Positions 1-10,453 of a DNA stretch of 64,000 nt are shown here, one piece after another. The position numbers and the translations under genes were made by a program. A model generated the notes under the pieces. The model ran no database searches, was not told the DNA's origin, and saw only the letters and a program-made list of their open reading frames with translations. The DNA comes from an uncultured Planctomycetaceae bacterium. Its GTDB lineage: Bacteria; Planctomycetota; Planctomycetia; Planctomycetales; Planctomycetaceae. Every line of letters starts with the position of its first letter. The stretch's first letter is position 1. The stretch is taken from positions 448,001 to 512,000 of the forward strand of contig CAWFAK010000016.1 of NCBI GenBank assembly GCA_963813715.1, written 5' to 3'.

Positions 1-653
1 AAGCTGCATCACGTCGAGTTGAGCGTTCGCCATTTCTTCGAGCGGGAGTTTTTGGGTTTCCTCGCGGAGTCGTCCGCGTTTGCGGGGATCGCGCTGGAAG
101 TCGGCGAGACTGACGTCGGCACCAACAGTCTGCGGGCGGAAATCCGCGCGCCGCAGCTCGGCGACGAGTCGCTCTGGATCGCGTTCGAGGAGCAGTCGGG
201 CTACGTGATGGCCCACGTGAGCAAGGCGGGCTGGCTCGAGCGGCTGAACCCGGCCCAATTGGCGACCTTGCGCGGACTGTTGATCGGCATCTATCGCGTC
301 GGCGGCACCGACCTCGTCGACGAACAGATCCTGGCCTGTCTCGGTTCGCAGGCGCGGCCGTTCGACGTCACCGAAGAGGGCCTCGTTTTGCTGCCGCGCG
401 CGGTCGCTTGGGATCCACGCTTTACGATTTGGAAGAGACGCCCCGCATCATCCCGCGAATGCCGGACGGGACGCAGATCGATGCCGACGCGGCCCATGCC
501 GCCTCGGTCGACGCCGAAGCGCTCGTGTTCAGCCGCACGCTGACCCGCTGGTCCGACTGGGTGTCTGCCTGGACCGTCGAAGAGTCTGGCCTGCCCTTCC
601 CGCAGATTTTGCCGGACAAAGCTCACCCCGAGTCGTTCGCGCGGCCCGCATGA
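1..653 (+). CDS. hypothetical protein, C-terminal fragment running in from the window edge; probable frameshift near 405
   Basis: ORFs 19..543 and 408..653 overlap and give continuous protein-like text when the frame is switched; no recognisable motif. Confidence 0.55.
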
Positions 654-756
654 TGCGGCTCCCCACGGGGCTTTAGGCAAGCGGCACAGGCGGGCCGAAC
701 TGGCCATTGCTGTCTGCAGATTTGCCGCAGCCATTTGTGCACCGACGCTCCCGATC

Positions 757-2526
757 TTGCCGATAGTACCGAAGGAATCGGTTCTGCCGACTACGCGCAC
801 TCTCCGGCAAGACCGAGCAGAAGAGTTTCGGCGGGCCAAATCGCAGGCGGCAAACCAGTCCGTCGCGATATCGAGAAAGGCGGTTGGGGGTGGAAGATCG
901 CATTTACCGAAGTCTTCGAACCGCACAAGAGCGAGAGCTTCAGACCCATGCTTCGCCTGCTGAGCCGGCCGCGGCTCAGCCGAGCGCTGCGGCGCCTGTG
1001 GCCCCCGAGCACGCTGCCCCGCCGACGCACGCCACCGCGCCGGCACATGTCGTTGTGCCTGCGCACGTGTCGGCCCCATCGCACGCTCATATCCAGCCGG
1101 CCGACGCGGCCGGACCGCGCTGGTTTACCCGCGGACTGGGAGGCGAGCGGCCGCGGATCTCGGTCGTGGGCACGCTTTCGCTGAGCGTGTTGATCAGCGC
1201 CGGGCTGTTTGCTGCGCAGAGGATCTTCAATCCGCCACAAAAGCACCATGACGACACCGTCGCCGTCGACTCGAGCGCTGCGCTGCGGTTGGCCGCCCAC
1301 ACGCCCGACGACGCGGACGACGACAGCGCCGCTCCGGCGTCCGTGTCGAGCCACGCCGGCCATGTGCATGCTCCGGCCGCGCACGGTCACTCCCACTCGG
1401 CTCGCGCAGTCGCTTCGGATGATCAGTCCTCGGACGACAGCCTCGTGAGCGACGCAACCGACAGCGCTTCTGCCACCAAATCGCATCACCACGCCAGTCG
1501 CGCGGTGCAGCACGCGACGGACGAATCCGACTCTCTGCCGGCCGACCTCGATGGAACGGCGCAGACCGCGGACCATTCGACGCATGCACCGCTCGACCCA
1601 ATGAGCAGCTTGCCCGGGAACGCCTCGCCGGTTGCAAGCCAGATCGCGCAGCCGCAAGCGCCGCTGCAGTCGTCGCTGCCGATCAATCAATCCGCCGCGC
1701 TGCCCTCCTACCCGGCTGTGCAACCAGCGACGCCGGCCGGCGGTCAGTCGGTGGATCTGAGCAATCCGCAGTGGCCAGCCACGCAGGCGGGAGCTGGACC
1801 GGCTCCCACCAGCACCGTTCAAGTTTCCGCGGAAGCTGCCAACACGCCGACGCTCACAATCGTCCCCGGCCGCCCGGAGAATTTCGCGATGCCGGGCGGG
1901 CAGCGTGCCCCCGTGATGCGGCCGATCGCACAAGCGCCGCCCGTTGCTCCGCAGCCGGTCGTGCCGCAACAGGTCGCGCCGCAGCAGGTGGCTCCGCAGT
2001 ATGTGCCGGCGCCGGCTCCGCCGATCACCGTCCAACCGATTGCCACGCAACCGACCGCTTCGCCGATTCAGCCGACGGCCCAGCAGGTGCCTGCTGACGC
2101 TCCGGGTTCACATTACTCGGAGTTGCCCGCGGCCGCGCCGGTCAGCCGGCTGCCAATCCGCTGACGAGCCTGGATCACACGAAGGTGATGTCGTTCCAGT
2201 TCCGGAACGCTCCCTGGTCGCTGGTGCTCGCGAAATTCGCTAGTGCCACGGGCCTCGAACTGCGGATGCAAGCGATGCCGGACGGAACGTTCAATCGCTG
2301 GGACTCGGCCCGTTACACGCCGACGCAGACTTTGGCCATCTTGAACAGCGAGATGGCCAAGTTGGGCTGCCAGGCGAAAATCATCGGGACCTCGCTGTAT
2401 GTTGTGCAGGCCGGTGCCGCGGACGCGGCGACAGCCGGCCCGGCGGTCGTTCCGGCCAGCGCACCGATGCCGGCCAGCGCACCGATGCCGCAGTATGCAA
2501 GTGCGCCGGGCACGGCGACCCGTTAG
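757..2526 (+). CDS. membrane-anchored His/Pro/Ala-rich protein with a C-terminal secretin N0/STN-like domain; two probable frameshifts (about 885 and 2150)
   Basis: ORFs 757..963, 884..2164 and 2185..2526 join; TM segment ISVVGTLSLSVLISAGLFAA; C-terminal MSFQFRNAPWSLVLAKFASATGLEL...GTFNRWDSARYTPTQTLAILN resembles secretin N-terminal domains. Confidence 0.5.
2452..2487 (+). repeat. 18-bp tandem duplication CCGGCCAGCGCACCGATG x2 (PASAPM)
   Basis: read directly from the sequence. Confidence 0.9.
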
Positions 2527-3554
2527 TTGGGGCGGCTCGACTGAGCCGGCCGATAGCGGTCAACCAACGCGAGATTGATCTCGAGCACATTAATCAATTC
2601 GACACCCGCGAGCCCCCCCATGGGGGCTCGTGCTTTTTCGTGCAGCAGAGTATCGATCTCGCCCCGGATTTGAGCCGGATCACGCCGCGTTTCGCCGGCC
2701 CACTTTGCCGCGACGCGGTCGAGCTGATAGAGGGCGTTTTTGAGCGTGATGTGCGGGTCGAGACCAGAGCCCGACGCCATCACCAGATCGGCCGGCACCG
2801 ATTCCAGTTCCTCCCGCGGGTGGTCCTGCAGCCACATGTCGAAAAACGTCGCCTGAATTTCCGGGCCCGTCGTTGCCGGGCCGACGATTTTTTCAGTCGC
2901 CCCGTTGGATTGCTTCTGCTCGCTGGCAACCGGAAACGCGCCGCTGTGTGTCTGAGCGAAATCGACGAGGTAGAGTGCGGCCAGGTCCTCGGGCTTCGGT
3001 TCGGGCGTGTCCGGGTTCTCGTGAATCCACTGCGACACCTCTGCGGTATGCGCGGCTTTCCAGGTGACAATGGCGTCGGAATTGGCGCTATCGGAAGTCG
3101 CCCAGCTGCGGGCGATGGCCGGATGCGCCTGCGCCCATTGAGCGACGATTCCCGGCTTCTGCCCGAAGCGATTTTGCTGGAACCACTTTTCGATGTCGGG
3201 TCCAACCAATTGATGGGCCTTGTCTCCGGTGCGATAGCGGGCGATCGGTCCGAGTTGCCGAGCGACCCGATCGCGCAGAAGCGGATTGTTCGCACCCCAA
3301 TTCGAGGCCCCCGAGGCGGCCGCGTTGTAGGAGACGGCTGACGGACGCGGCTGAAAGAATTCGTCCGCGGTAAACGGTTGAGCGATCAAGCGCGAGCCGA
3401 TCGGCTTCCCGTCGCGGTCGAAGACCAGGCTGCCCGCAGCTTGCGCCGGGAACACCACGTGACCGATGCCGAGTAGCAAGCCCGGGTAAATCACGCAGCA
3501 CAAGAGCAGCGACAGTCCGAACAGCCAGAAATTGGCACGCAATGCGGAGGGCAT
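2523..3554 (-). CDS. kdpC: K+-transporting ATPase subunit C, long form with an internal insertion
   Basis: N-terminal TM helix, GSRLIAQPFT..FFQPRPSA, SGASNWG, ADLVMASGSGLDPHIT, INVLEINLAL; follows kdpB. Confidence 0.93.
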   Translation of the reverse strand: MPSALRANFWLFGLSLLLCCVIYPGLLLGIGHVVFPAQAAGSLVFDRDGKPIGSRLIAQPFTADEFFQPRPSAVSYNAAASGASNWGANNPLLRDRVARQLGPIARYRTGDKAHQLVGPDIEKWFQQNRFGQKPGIVAQWAQAHPAIARSWATSDSANSDAIVTWKAAHTAEVSQWIHENPDTPEPKPEDLAALYLVDFAQTHSGAFPVASEQKQSNGATEKIVGPATTGPEIQATFFDMWLQDHPREELESVPADLVMASGSGLDPHITLKNALYQLDRVAAKWAGETRRDPAQIRGEIDTLLHEKARAPMGGLAGVELINVLEINLALVDRYRPAQSSRPN

Positions 3555-3615
3555 GTTTTGGGTCTTCGATTTCAAGAGGAGGCTTTGACTACCGCGAGCA
3601 GCGATCGCCGCTGAA

Positions 3616-5811
3616 TCACGCCACCAGGTTCAAGCTCGTTAAGAACATGTCGATCAACTTGATGCCGACGAACGGCACAATCACGCCGCCGAGGCCCCAG
3701 ATCAACAGGTTCCGCCGCAAGAGTGCGTCGGCGCCCACCGGCTTATAGGCCACTCCCTTGAGCGCGATGGGAATCAACAGCGGGATAATGATCGCGTTAA
3801 AGATCACGGCCGACAGAATGGCCGACGTGGCCGAGTGCAGGTTCATCACGTCGAACGCTTTGAGCCACGGCAGTGTGGCCGCGAACAGCGCCGGGACGAT
3901 GGCAAAATACTTGGCGAGGTCGTTGGCGATCGAAAAAGTCGTCAGGGCGCCACGGGTCATCAAGAGCTGCTTGCCAATCTCGACGATCTCGATCAGCTTG
4001 GTCGGATCGCTGTCGAGGTCGACCATGTTGCCCGCTTCTTTGGCGGCCTGAGTGCCGGAATTCATGGCAACGCCGACGTCCGCCTGGGCGAGGGCCGGCG
4101 CGTCGTTGGTGCCGTCGCCCATCATGGCGACGAGCTTTCCGCCGGCCTGCTCGTTGCGGATGTAATCGAGCTTGGCTTCGGGCGTGGCCTGGGCAATGAA
4201 CGCGTCGACGCCCGCCTGGTCGGCGATCGCCTTGGCGGTGAGCGGATTGTCGCCGGTGACCATCACGGTCCGCAGCCCCATGCGTCGCAAGCGTTCGAAG
4301 CGGTCGCGCATGCCCGGCTTCAGGACGTCTTCGAGCACGATTACGCCGGCGAGTCGGTTGTCTTCGCAGACCAACAGCGGCGTCGCCCCGCGGGCGGCGA
4401 CGGAGTCGACTTGCGACTGCACCTGCGGCGAGACGCCCCCCTTTAGCTCCTGGATGTAGCGGACCATCGTGTCGGGAGCGCCCTTGCGGATGCGGCGGCC
4501 GTCCGGCAGATCGACTCCGCTCATTCGCGTCTGCGCCGTGAATTCGATGAACCGCGAACCCGAGAGCACGAGCGCTTCGATGGAGGCGGCCCGCAGCTTG
4601 CTGGTGCCGTCGGCGGCCAGCGTGCGGTACAGCTCGACGACGCTCTTGCCCTCGGGCGTCTGGTCGGCAATCGAGGCCGTCGCCGCCAACTGCCCGACTT
4701 CGGCGGCCGTGAACTCGTCGAACGGCAGAAACTGGGTCGCCCGGCGATTGCCCATCGTGATCGTGCCGGTTTTATCAAGCAGTAGCGTGTCGATATCGCC
4801 GGCCACTTCGACCGCCTTGCCGCTCTTGGCGAGCACGTTGGCTCGCAGGGCCCGGTCCATACCCGCGATGCCGATTGCCGCCAGCAGGGCCCCGATCGTC
4901 GTCGGAATCAGGCAAACCAACAGACCCACGAGCGTCGGTATGTCGGTCCCCAGGCTCTGAATCGGCTGCGGCGCACCGAGGTAGGCCTGCATGTAGAGTT
5001 CCGCGTTGCGGGCCATCGGCCAGAGCGCGGCCGTGACGATTAAAAAGATCAGAGTGAACGCAGAGAGCACGAGCGAGAGGGCGATCTCGTTGGGCGTCCG
5101 CTGGCGGATGGCCCCTTCGACGAGGGCGATCATCCGGTCGAGGAACGATTTGCCGGCGCCGGCGGTGATCCGCACCACGATCCGATCCGAAAGCACCCGC
5201 GTGCCGCCGGTGACGCCCGAGCGATCGCCGCCTGCTTCGCGAATCACGGGGGCCGATTCGCCCGTGATGGCCGACTCGTCGACCGAGGCGACACCTTCGA
5301 TGATCTCGCCGTCGCCGGGGATGATCTGTCCCGCCGTGACGGCGACCAGATCGCCCGCTTTGAGTAGGGTCGAGTTGGTTTCCTCGAGCGTGCCGTCGGG
5401 TAGCTGTCGAAAGGCGGGCGTCTCGCGCCGCGTTTTTCGCAGCGCGTCGGCCTGGGCCTTGCCGCGGGCTTCCGCGAGCGCCGTGGCGAAATTGGCAAAC
5501 AGCACCGTCAGTAACAGCCAGACGTCGAGCGCCAAGAGATAGGTCACCCGCACCGGCGAGGAATAGCCGACTAACCGCGCGACGGTAAAGATGACACTGA
5601 GCACCGTCCCCACCTCGACGACGAACATCACCGGGTTCTTCCACTGGATGTCCGGCCGCAGCATCACGAACGATTGCTTGAGCGCGGCCCGCATCAGGTG
5701 CGGCGCGAACAAGCCATAGCGGCGCGTGGCCCGGCGGCTGAGCTTCAGCTCTTCCGGCGACGGATCGTCGACGGCGCCCGGCGGCGGGGAATCGATCAAC
5801 GTGCTCGACAT
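3616..5811 (-). CDS. kdpB: K+-transporting ATPase subunit B (P-type ATPase); alternative start at 5844
   Basis: [57 protein letters not shown]. Confidence 0.97.
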   Translation of the reverse strand: MSSTLIDSPPPGAVDDPSPEELKLSRRATRRYGLFAPHLMRAALKQSFVMLRPDIQWKNPVMFVVEVGTVLSVIFTVARLVGYSSPVRVTYLLALDVWLLLTVLFANFATALAEARGKAQADALRKTRRETPAFRQLPDGTLEETNSTLLKAGDLVAVTAGQIIPGDGEIIEGVASVDESAITGESAPVIREAGGDRSGVTGGTRVLSDRIVVRITAGAGKSFLDRMIALVEGAIRQRTPNEIALSLVLSAFTLIFLIVTAALWPMARNAELYMQAYLGAPQPIQSLGTDIPTLVGLLVCLIPTTIGALLAAIGIAGMDRALRANVLAKSGKAVEVAGDIDTLLLDKTGTITMGNRRATQFLPFDEFTAAEVGQLAATASIADQTPEGKSVVELYRTLAADGTSKLRAASIEALVLSGSRFIEFTAQTRMSGVDLPDGRRIRKGAPDTMVRYIQELKGGVSPQVQSQVDSVAARGATPLLVCEDNRLAGVIVLEDVLKPGMRDRFERLRRMGLRTVMVTGDNPLTAKAIADQAGVDAFIAQATPEAKLDYIRNEQAGGKLVAMMGDGTNDAPALAQADVGVAMNSGTQAAKEAGNMVDLDSDPTKLIEIVEIGKQLLMTRGALTTFSIANDLAKYFAIVPALFAATLPWLKAFDVMNLHSATSAILSAVIFNAIIIPLLIPIALKGVAYKPVGADALLRRNLLIWGLGGVIVPFVGIKLIDMFLTSLNLVA

Positions 5812-5854
5812 GGCGAAAGTACCTGGGTCACGAGGACCAGTCATCCGTTCAAGC

Positions 5855-5922
5855 GTCAGAAAATCGTGCCGTCAGAAATCGTCGGTCAGCAATCGTTCGT
5901 CAGAGATCGTCAGCGAAGACCG
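5855..5922. repeat. degenerate direct repeats GTCAGNAATCGT (4 to 5 copies) in the kdpA-kdpB gap
   Basis: GTCAGAAAATCGT at 5855, GTCAGAAATCGT at 5871, GTCAGCAATCGT at 5885, GTCAGAGATCGT at 5899. Confidence 0.7.
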
Positions 5923-7773
5923 TCACCCGCCAAACGGGATCGGCCCCAGATGCTCGGCCACAGGGCCGAGCACGGCGGCGGGCAGGAACAGAGGGCGCCG
6001 ATGAGCAGAATTGTTCCGAGCAACACAAATCCGAACGTCGCCGTATCGGTGCGGAGCGTGCCGGCCGTGTAGGGCGTCCGTTTCTTCGCCGCCAGGCCGG
6101 CGGCCAGCGCGATGGGGGCGACGATCGGAATCAGCCGTCCGAAGATCATCACGAGCCCCGTGGCGATGTCCCACTGCGGATTGTAGGGCGCGGGGGGCGA
6201 TGCGTTTTCTTGCGGATTGTTGAAACCCCAGGCCGTCGTCAGGCCGCCGAATTCGGAGCCGTTGTTGGCCGACGACGAGCTGAACTCGTACAGAATTTCC
6301 GAAAAGCCATGCGCGCCGGGGTTGTTGGTCGCTTTCGTTCCCCAATCGCAGGCCGCGAACAGCCCGGTCGGCCCGAGAATCAGAATCGGGTGGACCAGGA
6401 GCGCCAGCATTGCGAGTTTCATCTCGCGGGCTTCCACCTTTTTCCCCAGGTATTCCGGCGTGCGGCCGACCATCAGGCCGGCCAGAAAGACTCCCATGAT
6501 CAGGTAGATCAGCAGGTTGATCAGGCCCACTCCCTTGCCGCCGAAAATGCAGTTGAGCCACATCCCCCCAAGCGGCGTGATACCGGCCAGCGGATTCAGA
6601 CTGTCGTGCATGCAGTTCACCGAGCCGCAGGCGACGGCCGTAGTGACCGCCGCAAAGGTCGCTCCCGCCGAGGTGCCGAAGCGCAGCTCCTTGCCTTCCA
6701 GGTTGCCCAACTCCTGGTCGACCGGCAGTCCGGCGAGGGCCGGGACTTCGACGGGCGTGGACTTGCGGGCTCCTTTGTCGTCCTGAACGTCGATGACGTA
6801 CGGCTTCCCGGCAGAATCCGTGATCGCGGGCCGGGCAGTCGAGCGCGGCGTTCGGCTGCAGCGTGTCCCAGGCGATGCCCCAGCTGACCAGCGCCAGAAA
6901 TAGCACCATCATCGCCGAATAGAGCACGGCGGCATGCCGCATGTTGTTGAGCATCCTCCCGAACATCACGACGAGCGAGAACGGGAAGAGCAGAATGTTC
7001 ACGCAGGTGAAGAAGTTCGTCCAATCGTCCGGGTTCTCGTAGGGATGGGCCGAGTTGGCGCCAAAGAAGCCGCCGCCGTTAGTCCCCAAGTGCTTGATCG
7101 GAATCACCGCGGCGACCGGGCCTCGGGAAATGCTTTGGGGCTTCGCCGCACCGTTGGTCTCGTGCCCCATCGCGCCGGCTTCGACCGTCCGCACGTCGAT
7201 TGTGGGCTCGAGCGTCATCGGCACGCCGCGCGCCATCAAGAACCACGCCCATCACCAGGCTCGAGGGAAAGAAGACGTAGGCGGTGGCCCGCCACAAATC
7301 GACGTAGTAATTGCCCATGTCGGCGTCGCCTCGCAGCCCGCGAATGACCGCGCACAGGGCGCAAAAGCCGACGCCCGCCGAGAGAAACATGTTGGTGACC
7401 ACGAACAGCAGCTGCGACGTGTACGAGAGGTGCTGCTCGCCCGCGTAGTGCTGCAGATTGGTATTGGTGAAGAAGGAAATGGCCGTGTTGAAGATCGTCG
7501 TCGGCGCCAGCATGCCCTTGCCGGCCGGGGCAAAGGGCAAGAGCGGCTGCAGGGCGAGGACCACGAAGCCAAAGATGAACAAGAGCGCGTTAAAGGCAGC
7601 AGCGAGGCGACGTACTGCGTCCACCGCTGCGGCCCGGTGTTCAGCCGCCCCTCGATCCACTGCAGCCACCGCGGCGCGCGATACCGTCCGTCCATGATCC
7701 ACGCGAGATAAAACCCGCACGGGATCGACAAGAGCACGGTCGTGGCGATGATCACAAACGGCAAGAACCACAT
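5923..7773 (-). CDS. kdpA: K+-transporting ATPase subunit A, several frameshifts
   Basis: FNTAISFFTNTNLQHYAGE, IKHLGTNGGGFFGANSAHPYENP, NLEGKELRFG, GSVNCMHDS, GRTPEYLGKK, FLPAAVLGPVAEHL spread across overlapping ORFs. Confidence 0.93.
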
Positions 7774-7863
7774 GGAACAGCCTCAATAGCGTGGCCCGCG
7801 AGTCGTCGGGCGTTGACCGACTGCAGGATCAAAACGAGGGGATCGGGCGTGCGAGCGGGCGGC

Positions 7864-7944
7864 CTAAAACCACTCCGGCCGAAGCAAGGCGGCCAGCAAG
7901 TAGACGAACAACAGCAGCGTCACGAGGCCCGTCAGCACAATCAT
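7864..7944 (-). CDS. kdpF: K+-transporting ATPase subunit F (26 aa; absent from the ORF track)
   Basis: own translation MIVLTGLVTLLLFVYLLAALLRPEWF*; typical YL..ALL.PE.F ending; upstream of kdpA. Confidence 0.9.
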   Translation of the reverse strand: MIVLTGLVTLLLFVYLLAALLRPEWF

Positions 7945-8118
7945 GGGGATCTTTCAGAGTCCGTTGTCAGCACGATCCGTTGTCAGCGATGCGAAGGCGA
8001 GGTTCAATCGCCACTCGATTTGCCACCGCCGGTCGGGGAAACGCGTCCGTCTTCGTATACGGGGCCCAGGTCGACACGGCTCGTTGCCGCCCGAAACGTT
8101 CAAAAGACGCGTTCAGCA

Positions 8119-8214
8119 TTAGACGCGTTCACAGCCGGCGGCGAACGCGAAGACCAGCCCGATCGCCCCCACGCCGACCAAGAACAGAGCGGGGAGCCAA
8201 ATCATCAGATTCAT
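8119..8214 (-). CDS. 31-aa single-TM peptide heading the kdp operon
   Basis: own translation MNLMIWLPALFLVGVGAIGLVFAFAAGCERV*; GGAG ribosome-binding site upstream. Confidence 0.7.
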   Translation of the reverse strand: MNLMIWLPALFLVGVGAIGLVFAFAAGCERV

Positions 8215-8300
8215 GTCACTTCACTCCGCGACCGTCGCGTTTTTCGGGAGAAGTGAGTCGTCTCGTGAAGAGCGCGGACCGGTCGCCGGTCGCGACAGTA

Positions 8301-8317
8301 CGCAAGCTCTATGCCGA
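8301..8317 (-). promoter_or_regulatory. candidate sigma-54 (-24/-12) promoter of the kdp operon
   Basis: minus strand TCGGCATAGAGCTTGCG; GG-N10-GC with TTGC. Confidence 0.7.
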
Positions 8318-8393
8318 CGTTAGGCTGATGCTTTAACTCCTGATTGCGCGGGCACATCGCGTGTTGCCGCTCAGCTCGGCGGCCGCTGGTGGA

Positions 8394-8427
8394 GTGCAAT
8401 TTGCACGCTCGTCTGTGCAAATTGCAC
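8394..8427. promoter_or_regulatory. two palindromic operator or enhancer sites, GTGCAATTTGCAC and GTGCAAATTGCAC, 21 bp apart
   Basis: each is a near-palindrome and together they form a perfect inverted repeat; they lie about 80-110 bp upstream of the sigma-54 motif. Confidence 0.65.
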
Positions 8428-8504
8428 GTCGCGTTTGGAGTCTGGCCGCGTCAGGTCGGGGTGGGCAACACTCGAATTGCATTCGTCGCGATCGGCGAGC
8501 AACA

Positions 8505-10420
8505 ATGCGAACTGTGACCCTCTCCTTGCGCCATCGCATTTTGATCACCCTCATTCCCTTGCTGCTTTTGCTGGCGGCGATCGGCAGCGGGGGGATTGTG
8601 CTGTTGTTCCGCCTGGGCAACAGCGTCGATGCCATTTTGCGGGAGAACTATCGCAGCGTCATCGCGATGGAGGGGCTCAACGAGGCGGTCGAGCGGATCG
8701 ACTCGTCGTTTCAATTCGCGCTCAGCGGACGCCGCGACAAGGCCTGGCAGCAGTACACGCATAGCTGGGAGTCGTACCTCGAGAATCTGGAAATCGAAAA
8801 GAATAACATCACCGTTCCGGGCGAAGCGGAGCTGGTCGCACAGCTGGAACAGTCGACCAACGATTATCGAAAACAGGGGAACGAGTTTTACGCGACCCCC
8901 GCGGACACCACGCCTTCGTCCAACGCAGTCGCGGCAGACGCAGGCCTACTACCAGCCGGGCGGCCTGCTCGAAGGATTCGGCCGGATCAAAGAGGTCTCG
9001 GGACAAATCCTGCACCTCAATCAGTCGAACATGGAGCAGGCCAGTGCCGACGCGCGGCATCTGGCGAAGCTATCCGCCATCGGCTTCGCCGCCGCACTCG
9101 CCATCGCGCTCGTCCTGGCTGGCTTTGCCGTGTTGCACACCATGCGGACGATCCTGCGGCCCGTGCAGGCGGTGACGCAGGCGGCGCTGGCCATCAGCGG
9201 CGGCAACCTCAACCAGCTGGTCCCCTATCAGGCAGACGACGAGTTGGGGCAGTTGGCCCGCGCCTTCAACACGATGACCCGCCATTTGCGGGAGTTTCGC
9301 CAGTCGCAGTCGGCCCAGTTGCTGCGGGCGCAGCGCGCGAGCCAGGCCACGGTCGATTCATTTCCCGACCCGGTGATCGTCATCGACTCGGAAGGCTTCG
9401 TCGAAATCGCCAATCCGGCCGCCCGTCGCTTGCTCGGCGTGTTGACCAAGCACCACGGACAACCGACTTCGAGCACCTGGCAACCGCCGGAACCACTGCG
9501 GCAGCCGCTGGCCGACGCGCTCAAGGAGCAGCGGGACTACTCGCCCGAGGGATTCGACCATGTGATTCTGCTCGGCTCCGACGGGCGCGAGCGGGCCGTG
9601 TTGCCGCGCGTGCTGGCCATTCGGGATCCGCACGGCAGCACGCTGGGAGCCGCCGTGCTGTTGCAGGACGTTACCCGGCTCCGGCTTGCTGGACCAGGTG
9701 AAAAACAACCTGGTGGCCACGGCCAGCCACGAGCTCAAAACGCCGCTGACCAGCATCCGCCTGGCCGTGCACTTGTTGCTGGAGGAGACGGTCGGTCCGC
9801 TCACGTCCAAGCAAACCGAATTGCTGCTCGACGCCCGCGAAAACAGCGAACGCCTCCTGGCGATGGTCAACAACTTGCTCGATCTGGCGCGGCTCGAGCA
9901 AGGCTCGCGTCAGCTCGACTTTCAGCCGATTCGGCCCGAGTCGCTGCTGCGGACCGCGGCCGATTCGATCCGGGCGCGGGCAGCCGACCATTCCATCGAT
10001 GTGGTGCTCAACCTGCGGGAGGGATTGCCGGAAGTGCAGGTCGACGTGTCGCGATTCGGCAGCGCGCTCCTCAACCTGCTCAATAATTCGCTGACCTACA
10101 CGGACCGGGGCGGCCGGATCGCTCTGGGCGCCCAGTCGGTCGGCGACGAGGTGGAGCTGACTGTTGCCGACACGGGCATCGGCATTCCGGCCGACGCATT
10201 GCCGCACGTCTTCGAGAAATTCTTCCGCGTTCCCGGGCAAAGCAAAGGGACGGGCACCGGCTTGGGACTGGCCATCGTGCAGGAGATCGTCGTGGCGCAC
10301 GGCGGCACGATCACCTGCGACAGCCATCCCGGGAAGGGGACCGAGTTTCGCATTCGTCTGCCGGCCTTGCGGGCATCGACCGTCGGACGCTTCCCACCCG
10401 CGCTCAAGGCCGTTTCGTGA
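8505..10420 (+). CDS. membrane sensor histidine kinase (4-helix sensor, HAMP, PAS, HisKA, HATPase), Kdp-associated; two frameshifts
   Basis: TM helices, DELGQLARAFN (HAMP), ASHELKTPLTSI, NLLNNSLTYT, DTGIGI, GTGLGLAI. Confidence 0.88.
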
Positions 10421-10453
10421 CGTCGTGAGCTTTTTAACGTCGGAGTTTTTGGC

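Noticed and set aside
7967..8119. About 50-aa ORF coupled by TAATG to the 31-aa peptide
   Set aside because: No hydrophobic segment or motif; unsupported.
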